Origin: Spongospora subterranea f. sp. subterranea
Lineage: Eukaryota
DNA: 64,000 nt
Direction of reading: 5' to 3'
Assembly: GCA_049724395.1 (NCBI GenBank)
Contig: JAUGWO010000062.1
Span: forward strand, 62,001 to 126,000
Part shown: in pieces, positions 49,401-64,000 of the stretch
Position numbering within the stretch: the stretch's first letter is position 1
Layout: every line of letters starts with the position of its first letter
Notes under the pieces: generated by a model
What the model was told of the DNA's origin: nothing
The model's input: the letters and a program-made list of their open reading frames with translations, nothing else
Database searches by the model: none
Position numbers and translations under genes: made by a program

Positions 49401-52400
49401 CCCATTAGGAGATCCAATGGGGCAATGCAAACAATTTGTGAAACTGAAATGAAGCTGCAGATTGGACTGTCCACTATTTGATCGCCTTGCAACGTCGAAG
49501 TTGATAACTGAGTGAAGCGGATTTTGATAGCCGTGACAAACCCAGCTCCGTTGATCGTTATCGACACACCGGGCAGACCTAGAACGAACAACATTCAAAA
49601 TGAACTTGACGATCAATGTGCGATTCTACCTGAAATTGGGAAAATCGATGTTATAACTGGAGAGATCGACGCTATCAAAGAAGCAGGCATCGATGTCCAA
49701 GTGTTGCCCCCATTTTGAGATACGGAAAGTTGGGTGGCACCTGGCGATAATACTGGGGTGACACAAGACAAACTGGAATTTGACTATGATATGATGCCGT
49801 CAGAAAATGCTGATTCAAATCTGTACCAAACATACCAAGAACTTGGCTGGAACAACGGTATTTCCGAACTTGCAGCGAAGCAAACTGGTTTGAACAAAAA
49901 AGTCTCCGAAAACTTCAACCGTTGTCCCACCAGAAACAGGGACGATCTTGGGAAACACAGATCGAAGAGTTACAGCATAAATCTGTGACAAAGCAATATG
50001 GTCAGAGAGACGGGCCGGCGAATCGTTTCGAAAGCAGACCTCGATTGATAGAAGTGACTCAGAGAACTGCTGAAGATTGTACGATAGTTCAACGATGCAT
50101 GTGCCTGGCGATATCGGTGGAAGAGCAGCGCACCTCACTTGATTAGCAGACACGAAGGACGCGGCAACCACAGTGGTTTGGCAGAATCTGCATTGAAGAA
50201 ATGAATGATTTTGGAACCCAGATCCGGAAACGACGATAGTTTCTCCCCCAGAGGACGACGCTATCCGCGGGGATAGAGAAACCATAGAATGTCGCGCCGC
50301 GTATGCGAATGAATGATTACTGCCGGGAACGTCATCGTTCAAATTAAGCTTGAGCGAGACACTTGTGTTTCCAGCTAAATTGCCACACGATGTTAGGTTT
50401 TTTCACACCTAGGAATTGTGCTGCATACCGGGATGGGCAGGACTGTCACAATGGATTTGTGTCGACGAGATGAAAACGGGATCAACGAAAATACCGCCGA
50501 AACTGCATATGGTTGTCGATAGATTCATGAAACTGACCCCTGAGAACGTAATCGTTGTTCCACCCGTTTCGGGACCAATTAATGGAGTGACAGAAGTAAC
50601 GGACGCTGCCGCATGGTAAAAAAAGGTAGAATTGCCACTTAGGTCGAGACCTATGTGAATGCTCAGTCGGGCAAAATGCAAAAACTTGAATGGCAAACCG
50701 TTGTTGCTTAGGTAAAACGGGACACGTCCCGGAACTCCTAGATATGCTGGGGCGATACATTCAGCCACGCCAGGAGAAAGATACGTCGCAACCGTGCTGA
50801 GGTTCGGCCCGAAAAAGCAACTGAGCGAGGTGGAGTTCTCGAATCCGGAGCCCAATGAACGAACGAGCGTACCCCCTGACCCGGAACCCAGATTTGGCGA
50901 AATGGAGCGAACTTGAAACCCATTATTCGTTTGGGGGTTGCTCTGGGACGAATTGGCACCACCGGCGCTAACTGTATATCTGAATAGAATGGCGATGTCT
51001 GACCAATCTGCTCCGTTATTATCGGACACGCGCAGCGACACGGTTGCCGGAACCGGAAACCTGTTCAGGTGTTAAAACCCAAAAATCTGCTGAAATAAAG
51101 TGCACAATGTTACTTGGGAGTTTGACATATTATGACAGAAGAGGATCGGCATTCTCCGACAACGGAATCGAGATTGTCGTTAAATCGACACAAGCAAATT
51201 CCAATGCGGGACCGAAAGTAACTTCCTGAAACTGTGATCATTGTCGATCCTGAAATCGGACCGGACACGGGGACGATGGAAGAGGGATATAAGTGCATTC
51301 CACCCTAGGTAAACTTGTCGGTGCTCTGTCAGCGAAAGTGTGGTTGAAGATCCATACCGAAAAGAAAAGTGGCGTTTCCTGTGAAGTTCTGCCCGTTGTT
51401 GGTTGCCATGACAGTGATATTAGTCGAAAACTGTTGTGAAAACGGCGCAGGTGACACGTTGGGGACTTTACACTTGATCAAAGAACTGTTGACGAACGTT
51501 GCCAATGCGTTGACCGTCCCTGAAACAAAAATCGCAAATTAGACGAGAAGGGAATCCGTACACTTAGGAGAAAGTATGCTCACCGAATCTGCAAAAGAGG
51601 GTCGAAGAGTTGGCGAAACCGGAGCCTGAAATGGCGACAAGCGTACCGAGGCGTCCGAGAGGTGGCCAAACGGATGAAGCATGAGCTGGCACCGCGTCCA
51701 CAACCAACAGGAAACCAGGAGAATAATCTTGGGCGTTGTTCGATATTCGGAGGGAAATCGATGGCATTGCTCCGAACCCTATCGATGCTGGACAAATTAC
51801 AGAGTTGAAACTTCGCCATGAGGCGGTGACGTTGAGTAAATTCCCAAACTGGCACACCAAGTTTGCCGAGGTGATAAAACCGTTCCCGGTAATGGTGATG
51901 ATAGCTGGTACTCGTGACGGAATGACACTTGTTATCACAATCGAAGAATGGAAAATGTAAGGAAATTGTGATTGGCTAAAATCGTTGCCATTATTCAGGG
52001 AAAGTGACACCATCGAGGTGACTGAGCCATTGGACAGTCCGATATTGGGCGAAACACAGGTGAGAACGCTCCTGGCACTGGAAGGAAGGAAAGACCCGTT
52101 CACGATATAATATCCGCCGACGTCGTTGTTGAATTTGCACACCGGGGAGATATATGGACTCATTGGGGCCGGGTTCTGGAGTGTTATGGCGATAACGGTA
52201 TTACCTGACCAGGGTCCAACTGTGGGGGACAAATTATTGATATCATCATCATATGCTATGAATGTTGCGTTGGCGCTACTAAATTCGACATTTTGCTCGA
52301 GTCGCAGTTTGGCGGATATCGGAATTCCAGCTGACAATCCCTCTGGAACTGTGCATTTGGCAGTGGAATCGTTCAGATAATGAGCAGGATGAAAGGGCAC

Positions 52401-55400
52401 GTTGCCAGATGGTGACGTATCGCACCAAAGCCTCACTGAATTCTTGAAGTTGACACCAGAGACATAGAGAGGCGTGCCTCCACGCCTGGGAACTGCTTTC
52501 GGAAACACATTCACCACTGCTGGATCGGGAAAAATTGATAAGTGCAATCCTGTGGATAAAAATGTAGTCGACGATCCGAATTGGACCGAGACGGAAGCAG
52601 AAGATAAAGGGAAGGAGGAAGGTCTCTGACAAGAGAGAACTGAGTCAGACTCCCACGTGCATAGCGAAGAAAGGGAGCTGTTGTCAACGTGAAGTGCGAT
52701 TGGCTTGATTTCCGGAAATCCAGAACCTGTTAAGCGGAATGAGGGGTGCGCAACCAATAAAACCTGAGGGTAAACTTCCAGAAATCTGATGTTTGAAGGT
52801 AGATAGGTAAACAAGGCCGATGACAAACCGTCATCGAAGGAACCCCATGGTGTTTGGAGTTTCAGAACGACTGAACCAGATCCATCGATAGCGGGAGCTG
52901 TACAAGTCAAGAGAACATCAGAGACGACGGTCGCACGAGCGACAGAAAGACCAAAAACGCAATCGCTCACAGAGGACATGTTGGCACCGCTGTCCAGAAA
53001 ACCGAAACCGCTGACGGTGACTATAGAACCGGTATAGCCAACCGTCGGAGACACAGCGGTTAGCACCGGTGGCGACATATAATGAAACGCCACCGATCCA
53101 GCAAAGCTCACGGTGCTTAGAGTTATTTGAACGGTTCCTGCCTTTGGAAAAGCAGGTGACGCACAGGTGAGTATGTATGACGACACCGTTTTAGCCAGGC
53201 TGGCGATCGTATCATTGAAAACACAGAAAACATCGTTTTCAAAGTCGAATCCAGATCCGGAAATTGTCAACTCCATTGAACCAAGCAGAGGACCTGACGA
53301 GGGAACGACGCTCAACAGTCGCGTAGTAGGGCGGTAGGTGAACGATGGCAAAGCGGCAGGTAATCGCACTTCCCATGCCGCCGACCTGACCCAGACCAAG
53401 ATAACGCCATTGAAGCTCGCCGCTGGGCTAAGGCAAACTAGTTCGTCGTCGGACCGAACCAGCGCGGGGATATTGTCAGTGGAACCGAAGACACAGGTTA
53501 AGCTAGCGCCAGATCTAGTGAAACCGTTGCCGGCCAGCGTAACTAACGTCGAGCCCGTGCTAGGACCGGAGGACGGGAAAATAGACGAGAATAATACAAT
53601 CGGGGGAGAACATATCAAGGACGTATTGCCAACGGTAGGCACTTCCGAGGCGCCACCGTCCACAGAAAGGGTCATCGGCCCGCACGAATCAGCCGAGCAC
53701 AACGCTTGCTGTGTGCTGATGATCGTCATTTCTCTCCACGCGCCGGACCCAAAGCGGCAGTGCAACGGCGGACGGAAGAACCTCCCGAATATGGTGACGC
53801 TGTCAATGGGACCTGTTCCGTGCAACGGCTGGCTGGAGTAGATTGTCGGCGGTCGACGGAATTCGAATGCAAGGTTGGGCGTCGTGAAATAGTCTATTCC
53901 ATTAACAGATACGGAAATTGGATGAAGGGATGCGGCGCTTGAGAGATTGTCGTCAGGATACCATGAAGCACCATGAGGTGTCCAACATTCTATGCAGGTG
54001 GAATTGACAAAACGAACCTTGGAGGAGGACGTGTTTCCGACAATGCAAGACAGATCAGGAGTGTTGAAAAACCCTTTTCCCACTACGGAAATCCATTGCG
54101 CCCCGACGCCGATGCTTGGATAAAATGAAATCAGCTCAACTGAGTCTGATACAGAAACGGTGAAGTTCGCGAGCGTTGCGCCATTGTCGTTGGATAATGC
54201 CAACACAATCCGTTTGAGGGGCACGTCTTGGCTTGAGAGCATGCAAACCATGACCGACCAAGGGACGACAATAACTCGCGACAGTATCGAGTTGCCGAAG
54301 TAGCACTGAGTATCGCTGGTGAACCCAGCACCATAAATGGTGATCGCGACAGCCTTGTCGAGGTGAATGTTCCTGGGCTTGATATTGTGGATTTCCGGAG
54401 CAGCCGGTGGGTATTGAGGCACATTGACAGGCGGGGGCACCACAAACGAGACAGGGTGCGATAGATTGGATATATCGACACCATTAACAACTAGAGTAAC
54501 CAGGACTGGAACCGACGAGGACGTGTTGTGCATTGGCGGAAAACACGTCAGCGATGTCGATGAACGGACCGCTTCTATAGCTGAGTACTGAGAACCGAAA
54601 CGAACCGTTGCGATATTTAACATGTCCTGGAAAAATCCAGATCCAACCAACGTAATCAATTGATGCGACCCTAGACCGATACTTCGGTTCTGTGTCCCAG
54701 AGAGCGTTGGGCGGTCGGCGAGGAGTATCTTGGCTGAGTCAAGGGAGAAGTCGTGACCGTTGTTAGCGACGGCGACTTGGTAGAATCCAGGATCTGGGGG
54801 CAGCAACGCTGACACAACAAGGTAGTTCTCCGAATAAAACGTGGGTAGAGATGTGGTGACCACATTGTGTACTCTGACTCGTAACGAGCTCGAATTTCGG
54901 AATCCTGACCCAATTATTGTTAAAACTACGGCCCCAGAAATCACATTTGGGTACAGGACCGTGCGAGGGACGACATTTGTCACAACAGGAAGAGCTGCTA
55001 AAATAAACTTCCAGGGTTTGTTGATACCGGCGAACGTTAAGTTCTGACCCAGAGCTTGGCAGGTTACGTAGGTTGGGTCACCGAATGACCAGGACGCAGG
55101 GGACGACACGAGACCGCCATCCCAGAAACACGGCCCGAATGAGAGCGCACCGAGGACGGTGGCGTTGACAAGAGTTCCCTTGGGCCCTTCTGTAGGAGTT
55201 AGAGCGATAATTTCGGGGATCGGCCGGTTCAGAAGGAATGGTGCAGTTGACAGGCTGGGAACACCGCCGACGCTGATCGAGAACGTGACGTTTGGCAAAT
55301 CGGACGAGGCAAGTGCAGGGGATATGCAATGGAGTTGTGTTGCCGATACGAGTTTAACCACAGAAAACGTTCTTGTTCCAAATATGCATTGAACAGCGGA

Positions 55401-58400
55401 GGCGTTTGTGCCGAACCCAGAGCCGAAAACGGTGATCATCTCACCACCGCCAACCTGACCCTGATTCGGTCGGATGGAACCGATAACCGGTTCAGGAATG
55501 TAGGTTGCGATGGCCACAACCACAGAATTGATACGCACATGCACAGATGATTGAACTACCATAACAGGACAGATGCACGTTGCCAACGTCGACGATATTA
55601 CTGTCGTCGACGCAGGAACATTCGCCCCGAAAATGCAACTGTCGTTTACAGACAGATCGTTGCCGCTGATTGTGATGACATGCCCAGCTATGACCGAAAC
55701 ATGTGGTAAATCCTTAACCTGCGATAGAGCAGAGTCAACAATTAATGTCAAACTGTTACTGGAATGAGAAGATATGTTGTTAACAAGCACCGAGATGGCA
55801 AACAACTGATATTGCCCAATTGTATAGGACCTGGGCAGCGATGGGGTCATGCACAGCACCTGAAATAGCAATTCGGTCAAAAGTTCGTTCAACCGATTGA
55901 CGAATGATACCTGAGTGCTGTTGGAGCCAATGCCAGACATGAACAAAGGAACGCGTGTCTGGTTGAAACGGCACATCGTGTTGGCGACGTCAAAGCCTGT
56001 TCCAACAATCGTAATCAACGTAGGAGCTGAAATCTTGCGAGGATATACATCCATTAGGAACGGGGGCCGTACAACGGATACCTCCATCGAAGGGAGATAG
56101 TGTGTCGGGTATTGTTCGTTGACTAGAACGGCCAGAGTCCAATTCTGGTTGCCTAATAGTGAAGGCAACAGGCAAGCGAACTCGAACTTATGCGCTAGAC
56201 GATAGACAGAGGGGGATGAGAATGCGTTGCTGTTTGTCCCCGATTGTGCCCATATACAGCTGAGAAATTCTCCAGCCAATATCATCCGGTTCAATGTCAC
56301 AGAGATGTTGACCGGCGCCAATTCGGCGACAAGATTTGGGGTGATGGCTTCGACTATGAATCCGTCACCATAGACAACCGTTGCATTGTGGTGACTCCCC
56401 GAGAAATCATTGCTGTTCAACGAACGAGAGACATAAACTGCAACGCGCCCAGTGAGATTCCTTGCTGGCGCAAAGCAAACGGCAAACGAATCGGTCGAGA
56501 TGATGACAGGGACGGCAGATCCAGAAACCCCAAAGTGAACGGAAGTTACGTCGCTGAACCCGCCTTCAAAGGATGAATGGATTGTGATGGCTGTTCCCCC
56601 TGACAATGGTATCGGCCTGTTTGGAGTGATGTGAGATATACGTAAGGGAGACTGAACCACAAACTGCAGTTGATCCATTGAACCGTCCAATTCAACAGTG
56701 TAACTCCCAGGCGACAAGTTTCCAGGCACCGCACATAGAGTGGACGAGGACGAAACTCTTTGGGCGGTTGACGACGCCACAATGGCGCCTTTGCTGAAAA
56801 AACACGTGTTGCCAGATCCTACGTCTGGACCGGTGATATTGATGATTGATGAAGCGAATCCACTTGTCGGGATGAGTTGGTCGATCTGGGGTAGATTTAC
56901 GAAAGTGAACCCGACGACTCCGGAAGCGCCAATTAGCGACAAGCTGACAACGTGAGGCAACGATGGCAGCGCTGACCAAACGGGGACGCTGCACAAAATC
57001 TCAGTACTGGATACGAAACGCGTCGGAAATGACACTTCTGAGAAGTCGGTGTCATTCCAGAAGCAGCCAGATATGACGTCGGCAGAAAATTCAGATCCGA
57101 ATACGGTAACTTGTCTTGAGCTTTGTGGCCATGCTAGAGCAGTCGCTGATTGTGGACGAACGGACGATATTCTAGGCTGGTGGATAACATTTATGGGTGC
57201 TCGACCAACGAGCCCAGACCCTTCCAGGACGTCCAAATAACGGATTCCGACACTGATGGGTGTAACAACCCCGGAAACATCGCAAACAACTTCAGAAGGA
57301 GAATGCCATTGAGCGACAAAACTAGCCGACAGCCCTAGGCGGCACGTTCGAGCCGCATTCGGGAATTCAGATAGATTGCCAATCGGGAAAACAACCAGCA
57401 CCTTCGTATCGGCCTGATCGAAGATCACGTTAGGAATCGCTGTAGTGTTTGTATAATTTTGATAGGTTGTAACAGGGGACGTGACGTCGGATGTCACATA
57501 AGTCAACGTCGTGGGTTGACTGGTCGACATAACGAATACGCCATCGATGGTAACGGTAACGATAGTGGATGTAACACCGATTGGTACAGGAGCTGGGCTG
57601 GCACACGATATGGATGTACTTGTTTCGATTTGTGCTGGTGTTCTGTGAAAGCCACTGAACCAGCACCATGCGATCGTTCCATCGCGAATGGGAAACCGGC
57701 TTCCTGATAGGGTGATGGTTATTGGGGAGGAGCCTGGCGCGAGAACAGGGGAGATTGCAGTAATGAGAGGAGGTATGACCAGGGTGATCGCAGACGATGA
57801 CATCGCCCAATGAAGGCACCCTTCTGCCCTGACACCAACCCGAACATGCTCCTCGTTGATCAGATGAGATGGGACTGGCACAGACAGTTCATCCCTGGAG
57901 ATATGGGTTATGTTCGATAAAATTTGTGCGACGTCGCCAATGAACAGGCGATCCACAATATCCAATGCGGTTCCTTTGACGGTAAGAACACTCGTGGATG
58001 AAGAAAAATACAGTTCGGTGATAGATGGATATGAAGATATATATTTAAATTGAACTCCATCGTCAATACTCGCCGAACCGTTTGATACGACGCTAACGCC
58101 AATGATGCCAGAAGAAGGTAGAGACATAATTCTTGGAATGGCGCAGAATAGCCATGTGCTCGAAATACATAATTCTGGCCAACTTTCGATTGCCTCCGTC
58201 GACGAAAAAACTCTGCATAACGTCCTGCCACATACAATATTAGCGGCGGTGACGTTGATAATAGCCCCTTGAACTCCAGAAGAAGGAAACACCGAAATTA
58301 CGGTAGGTAATGGATATGCTGAAATCGTCCATGGTGGAGACAAAACCGGGACAATAAACCCATTCCCTGTTTTCAGAGTGAACACGTGCGTTCCAGCAAG

Positions 58401-61400
58401 TAAACTCGGTGTCCCTATCACGAAGCAATCAGTGTCAAGTTTGATAACGAAATTATGTGCGACTTACTGAAGGTAAAAAATGTTGGATGAACGTTTTCAG
58501 CGAATACAGCTACTGGAGCACCCGATGACGCAAATTCGGCACGAATACCATCGCAAAGAAGAAAATTGGATCCGAACACGGTTATTATCGAATTTCCATA
58601 GATCGAAGAATGCTGTGGATCAAAAGACGTGGCCGATGGACTGGCCAAAACAGTGACCAATCCAGCCAGAACGAAATTGGAAGCGGAATCAGACGAAAAC
58701 TCAACTGACACCGGGCCGGGCACATACTGATGAGCGTTGAATGCCACTGATAACATCGTTGGAGAAATGGATGACGCCTCGACAATTTCGTACCCTCCAA
58801 AACGGAATTTTCCAATTGTAGCCGATGAAGTAAAGTTCCGCCTCGTCCCACCTGGAACAGGAACTGACAAAAGTGTTGTCGAGAAGTTTGCGTCAAAGGC
58901 GTGTCTGGTCCAAGTAGATAAAACTAGAGGGACTGTCTGACCACCGTCAACGTACGAAATGCGAGTTCTAGCGGAATCCGAGCGAAATCCGGCGTTGACG
59001 TCCCCCGACATCAATAGCGCCTTCCAAGCTGTACGAGTAATCAGGAGCGAGACACGTCATCGTGAAGGCGGAGACCACAGAGCATGAGAGTAACATTGTC
59101 TCGTTGTCGGTAATTAGCCGAGCTATGGTGCTAATTGAGAGAAACCTATCAGATCATGATGTTAATCCTACGGTTGGACAAGTGAAGTTCGCAGTGACCT
59201 TGAACCAGTTATCGTCAATTCAGTAAAAGAGCCGGAATTCGTTGGAATCAATAACGGCGCAACGCCCGTTATCAATGGCATATCCGTTATATCGAACACG
59301 GAACCTGAATTCACAATCGACCAATCACTGCCATTGTTGACACTGATTTCGATCGAAATATTGAAAGCCGATGGCGCATGGTCCGGTACTGGACATCGAA
59401 CGACATCGGGTGAAGTGAAATGCGCTTGACGAATGTGCCCAAAACCGAATCGGCAAAGTGAATTTGGCCTGAAACCGGATCCGTACACGTAAATACTAGC
59501 GTTAGAGCCAACAAACACTCGATTTGGCAAAACTCTGGCAACGGCACAAATTTCCCACAATCTCAATCGGGACCGAGAATAATCCCCATGACAATCCTGA
59601 ATCCACGCTCAAGCTGACAATCGGCTTCGCGGGCGAGAGCGATAAAATAGTTATAGGAACAATGCATTCAACAAGATAATCAGTTGCAGACGCTGCACTG
59701 ATGGTAGACAGCCCAAAGCGGCAAAGTACTTCCTCTAACTGAACATTGGCAAACACTCCTACGATTGTAATACGAGTAGTGCCCGCTATGACAATAGAGG
59801 GCGTTATAGAAGTGATTACAGGCGGTTCAAAGATCTGTGGTAATGATGAAAATTATGAAGAAACAAAGTAAAAGGCACATACGTTAAGCGCCCTGGAAGG
59901 ACGCGACGCATCAGAGTCAGGGATGCAATTCGGCATCACACGCACCGACACCACCGAGTTGAAACGAGCAGGAGACGAGCATAATAATGATGAGTTGGAC
60001 AGGAATACGGAAGGAGGGAAGCGATCGCCATCAAATGCGCAACAAGACGAAGCGGTGAAGTTGCTACCAACAACAGTGATGGTTATGGGCGAAGAGGCTG
60101 GAAAACGGCTTGGTTCTATGGACGTTAGTCCGATTTCTTCAACGACGCTGAACTGAACCCGACTTGAGGCAGATGGAAACCCGATCGCAACTGAAAGAGC
60201 TGGGTTCGCCCTATCAAGAGCCGGGCTTCGACATGTTGCCAGAGTGGAAGATATCAGAGTTGAAGGAGTTTGCACGCCATTGGTACCGAAGAAGCAATCA
60301 TCGCCCGGTTTGAATCCCGCACCAAACAAAGTCAGAACATGGTTACCGTCGAGAGAATCGATTGCGGAAGGTTCGATTGAATTGACAGCAGGTGGCGCGT
60401 CCAGATAAGTAAACAGCGACGCGCTCCTGATATAATCAACACTGTTGAAAGAAACACTGATGTAAACAGTAGATTGATCAGAAGGGTTTGAAGGTACACG
60501 GCATTGCATCAGATTTGGGGATAGTATGGTGGCAGACGATGTTATTAATCCAAACATGCACAGCGCACCACGATCCGAGAACGCAACTCCAGATACATTA
60601 ACTGTATCTCCAACGATTCCAAATTTCGGGTCAATACCGGTGATGGCAATTAATTTTTGACAGATAACTGAAAGCGAATCCATCAGTGCTGTTGGACACC
60701 TCGACAGAATTTGGAGAAATGTTATCGGAAGGAGAGGAGCAAAGTAGCTCATCCGGAGAAACCAGTCCCAATGATAAGGAATCGGATGTGAGAAACGAAC
60801 ATGTCTGGCCAGCCTGAAGGTCGACGCCAGTGACCGTGATAATGGAGCCATTTATGCACGAAGAAGGCTGTATTGAGGAAATAGTTACCGGTGGCGGTGA
60901 CGAAGGAAACGTTCCTACGACAAAATAAGAAAACATAAATGGGTGTTTTAACGTTTTTTTTATACATACCGGCATATAATGATAAAGATTCTGTTTCGAG
61001 AGCAACGACTTGTGATTCTGACGACGTGAGTACCTCTAGTGATATTCCGCATACAACAGCAACATCTGATATGGCAACCGCTATGTGCCTAGATATCTGT
61101 CCGATGCGACAAAACCATGAATCAGACGAGGCTAAGAAATTCGCTCCATAAATAGTGATATCAGAGGCCCATGGAAACTGAGCAGGATTGAGTATTCGAG
61201 GGAGCGAGCGTATTTTCACGATTTCAGACGAATTGGTAAAGTCGACCCCATTATTTGACAATCTTACGAAGACTGCGTCTGGAAGGCTTTCTGAAGACAT
61301 GTCGCATAATGCAGAATCCGATGAGACCCAAACCGCCGAAACAGGAGCATGAATCCCGATTTGGCAGCTATTTTTTGTGATAATCAGAGAATATAATGTT

Positions 61401-64000
61401 GCAACCTTCCAACTGTTTACCTGAAAAAGTCGCTCGGAAGAAATCCCGCTCCATGAACCTCAATGATGGACGATCCCAAGCAGTTCGTCGCCGACAGCAC
61501 GATCAGGTCGGTGTACACGTAGAACGTTAAAGGCTCGGAATATGACGTTCCATCGACAGAAACTTCAAGAGAGGCACTTCCCTCATGATGAAAAGGAGGC
61601 GAAGAACAGGATGCGGATTTCCCATTTTGAAGCACTTTGGCAGCAGTTATTACAGAAAAGTTCCAGCGACATTCCATGACGTCTTGAACGAAACCTTCGC
61701 CAACCAAACTAACAGCAGTATTTCCTGAAGACGGAACATACATTGGACTCATACCTTGAAGTGAGATTGCAGGCAAGTACACAAGGCTATATTGAGTCCT
61801 GCCTAAGTATTGACCATTTGCTGATACTTCCAGTGGAACCACACCAGAACCAAAAGACGCATCAAATATAGGAGAAAGACAAGCAACTTTGGACACATTT
61901 CCGTTGCTGATATTTGCAGCTTGGATCATTGTCGCAGGAGAACTCAAAAGCTCTCCGAACCTATCGAAGAATTTGAATAAATCCATCGATCATATGTCGC
62001 ATACACACCTGCACGACAATTCTGAGGTATTCAAAAATCTTCCAGAAACAGTTATCATTCTTCCGCCCTGATATCCGCTATAAATCGGAGAGATTCCGGT
62101 AACTACTGAAGATGAATATTGGAACAAAACCGAAGAAGATGAAAAATCAAGCCCATTATCGGAAACATCAACGATAACTCTGTCAGAGACTGAAGACGGT
62201 GCAGAGCAGATTATTTGTGCCGATGAAAGGAATGTTGCCGGCACAATCTGAATAATTGTCTTCAGACAAGAACAAAACGAAACAGTCTCATTCTACCTGA
62301 GTGCCGGAATCGACACCTAAGGCCAAAGCTATCGCGAAAATTGCTTCCAGTAATGGCAACGATTGTTCCGTTGATACCGTTATCTGGGAAAATTGATGCA
62401 ACCACAGGTGCAACATGGTACTCATATTCAACAGCGGTTTGCGAGAGAACCGAATGATTTGCCAGGGCACAGCGGATCTGAGTCAGGCCTACTGAAGATG
62501 GCGGCGATACCACAGTGAGACTCTGGTCTGAAATCACAACGGCAGGTGCAGTGATATCTAATGTATGGTTAAAATCGGATGAAATTAAAGTGGGTAAACA
62601 CCGACTTGGAAGTGAGAAATGTACAACCATTCCAGCTATAAAACCTTGTCCGAAAACACTCAAAGTCGTGCCCCCTAGGGACGATCCGAAAGGAGGAAAA
62701 ACACTTGTCGCAAAGAAAGGGAGAGAAAAGTTGATTGCGATTGGAGTGAAAAAGTCGTGGCCATTTGAACTGATATCCACGATAGTGTACTTGGTCGTTC
62801 CCATAGGCGCTTGACACACTGCTTGTGTGGAAGTAATGGTTCCTGATAACGCCGCAACCTAAATCATTTTAAGCACAAGGAGGATTGACTGCTATTCAGT
62901 AAGCACCTTGATTTGTGAGCCAAAACCGTCTTGAAACCGACACCACAATTGGTTTGTTAAAAAATTGGTTCCTACAATTGTCGTTGAGGATCCCCCAGAA
63001 GGATGAAGGGCTAATCCTGCAACGACGGCATTCGTCATCGAAGGTTGGGCGATAAACTCGAATGTCGAAGAAGTATTGGCAAATTCTAAACCGTTTATCG
63101 CAACGCTAACTTGAACGATGCCAGGTGCATGAGAAGGAGCGAGACACATGATTTCAAACGAACTGATGAAAATTGCAGACGCGGAACTGAGGCTATTTCA
63201 AAATACGATGAGAAAAACATTGAATCAGTACTCACCTCAATACCGAGCCAAATTTGCAGATGAGCGTGTCTCTGTTGACGAAGTTGGATCCCGATAAAGT
63301 CACCCAAGAAACACCAGCGTAACCCGTAGAAGGGAAGCTGGCTTGATCCAACGAGACAAGATCATAGAAGGTAACGGATAGTCCAGATGATGAAAAATCC
63401 ACGCTGTTAAATGACACTTCAACGCTGTATTGACCAGGAAAACTAACATAGGGGGTTGGACATGCAAGGCGACTGCCTGACAGGAAAACAGCCTGGGTCG
63501 TGAGCGACTGTGAGGTTGTACTAAAATGACACGTTTTGACAGATTCATTCACAAAGTTAGATCCGAATAATGTTAACACTGTGCCCCCAGTGTATGAAGC
63601 AACAACTTCCGGGATTATCAAACTTATGCTCGAATCCAAAAACGACCGAAAAATGGCAACAGGCGACCATTGAAGGCCATTGCAAGTAACTTGAACAGCA
63701 GTAACTGTAGAGTTCATAGACGGAGTAACGCAGCTAACGTAACTGGAATTGACATAAACTGCAGCAATCTTGGCAGAATCGAACCGGCAGAACAGGCTTG
63801 ACGTATTGCGCAAACCTAATGTATGGATGGCGACTGGTGTTCCTCCTGATGCTGGACCCGCTTCTGGAGACAAAGAGACAATGGCAGGGTCATGATAATA
63901 GGTGAAGTTGACGCTGCTACTTGAGAAATCAACTGCGTTTGAAGACAGGTCAACATTTACCGATCCTGAAACTGCAGTGGAAGGGACAACGCATATCGCA
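40435..64000 (-). CDS. Giant multi-exon surface/membrane protein (5' end outside window): IPT/TIG repeats, Cys-rich CPxGxYC repeats, multi-pass TM domain, cytoplasmic tail
   Basis: Repeated P.I..V.P..GP..GGT.VTI.GS.F...C.F...C..P...VS.NG.DF units at 49330-64000; CPAGYFC-type repeats at about 45700-49250; hydrophobic segments at about 42130-44100; stop at 40435. The IPT and Cys regions are joined in frame by an intron at about 49267-49327. Confidence 0.85.

Noticed and set aside
55860..55910. 17-aa insertion VSFVNRLNELLTELLFQ in an IPT repeat
   Set aside because: It is a stop-free 51-nt GT-AG intron, so the 2285-aa ORF is not a single exon.
1..64000. tRNA, rRNA or prokaryotic operon features
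   Set aside because: None recognised by eye; tRNAscan-SE and Infernal would be needed to exclude small RNAs.

Overview
Eukaryotic genomic DNA from a gene-dense genome with many short GT-AG introns (about 50-110 nt). It looks protist-like, but the organism cannot be established from the sequence alone. Host genes: PP2A scaffold subunit A, a coiled-coil protein, an LRRC71-like LRR protein, a MARCH6/Doa10-type E3 ligase, an ERCC8/CSA-like WD40 protein, a small 4-exon SET-domain protein missed by the ORF track, and a DYRK1-like kinase with a 5-nt micro-exon. The last 23.5 kb encode part of a giant surface protein (dozens of IPT/TIG repeats, Cys-rich repeats, a multi-pass TM domain and a Zn-finger tail) that runs off the right edge. 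From about 5 to 31 kb lies a transposon-rich block. It holds degenerate Ty3/Gypsy elements, a full-length DD39D mariner with about 74 copies of a 29-bp satellite ending at the transposase ATG, and a 5'-truncated RNase H-bearing LINE. It also holds a RecQ helicase relic, a long-TIR element and a neighbouring ORF that both carry USP-like peptidase motifs (the latter with a GCM-like domain), and three fold-back hairpins with 76-89 bp arms. All family assignments come from motif recognition by eye, not from database searches.
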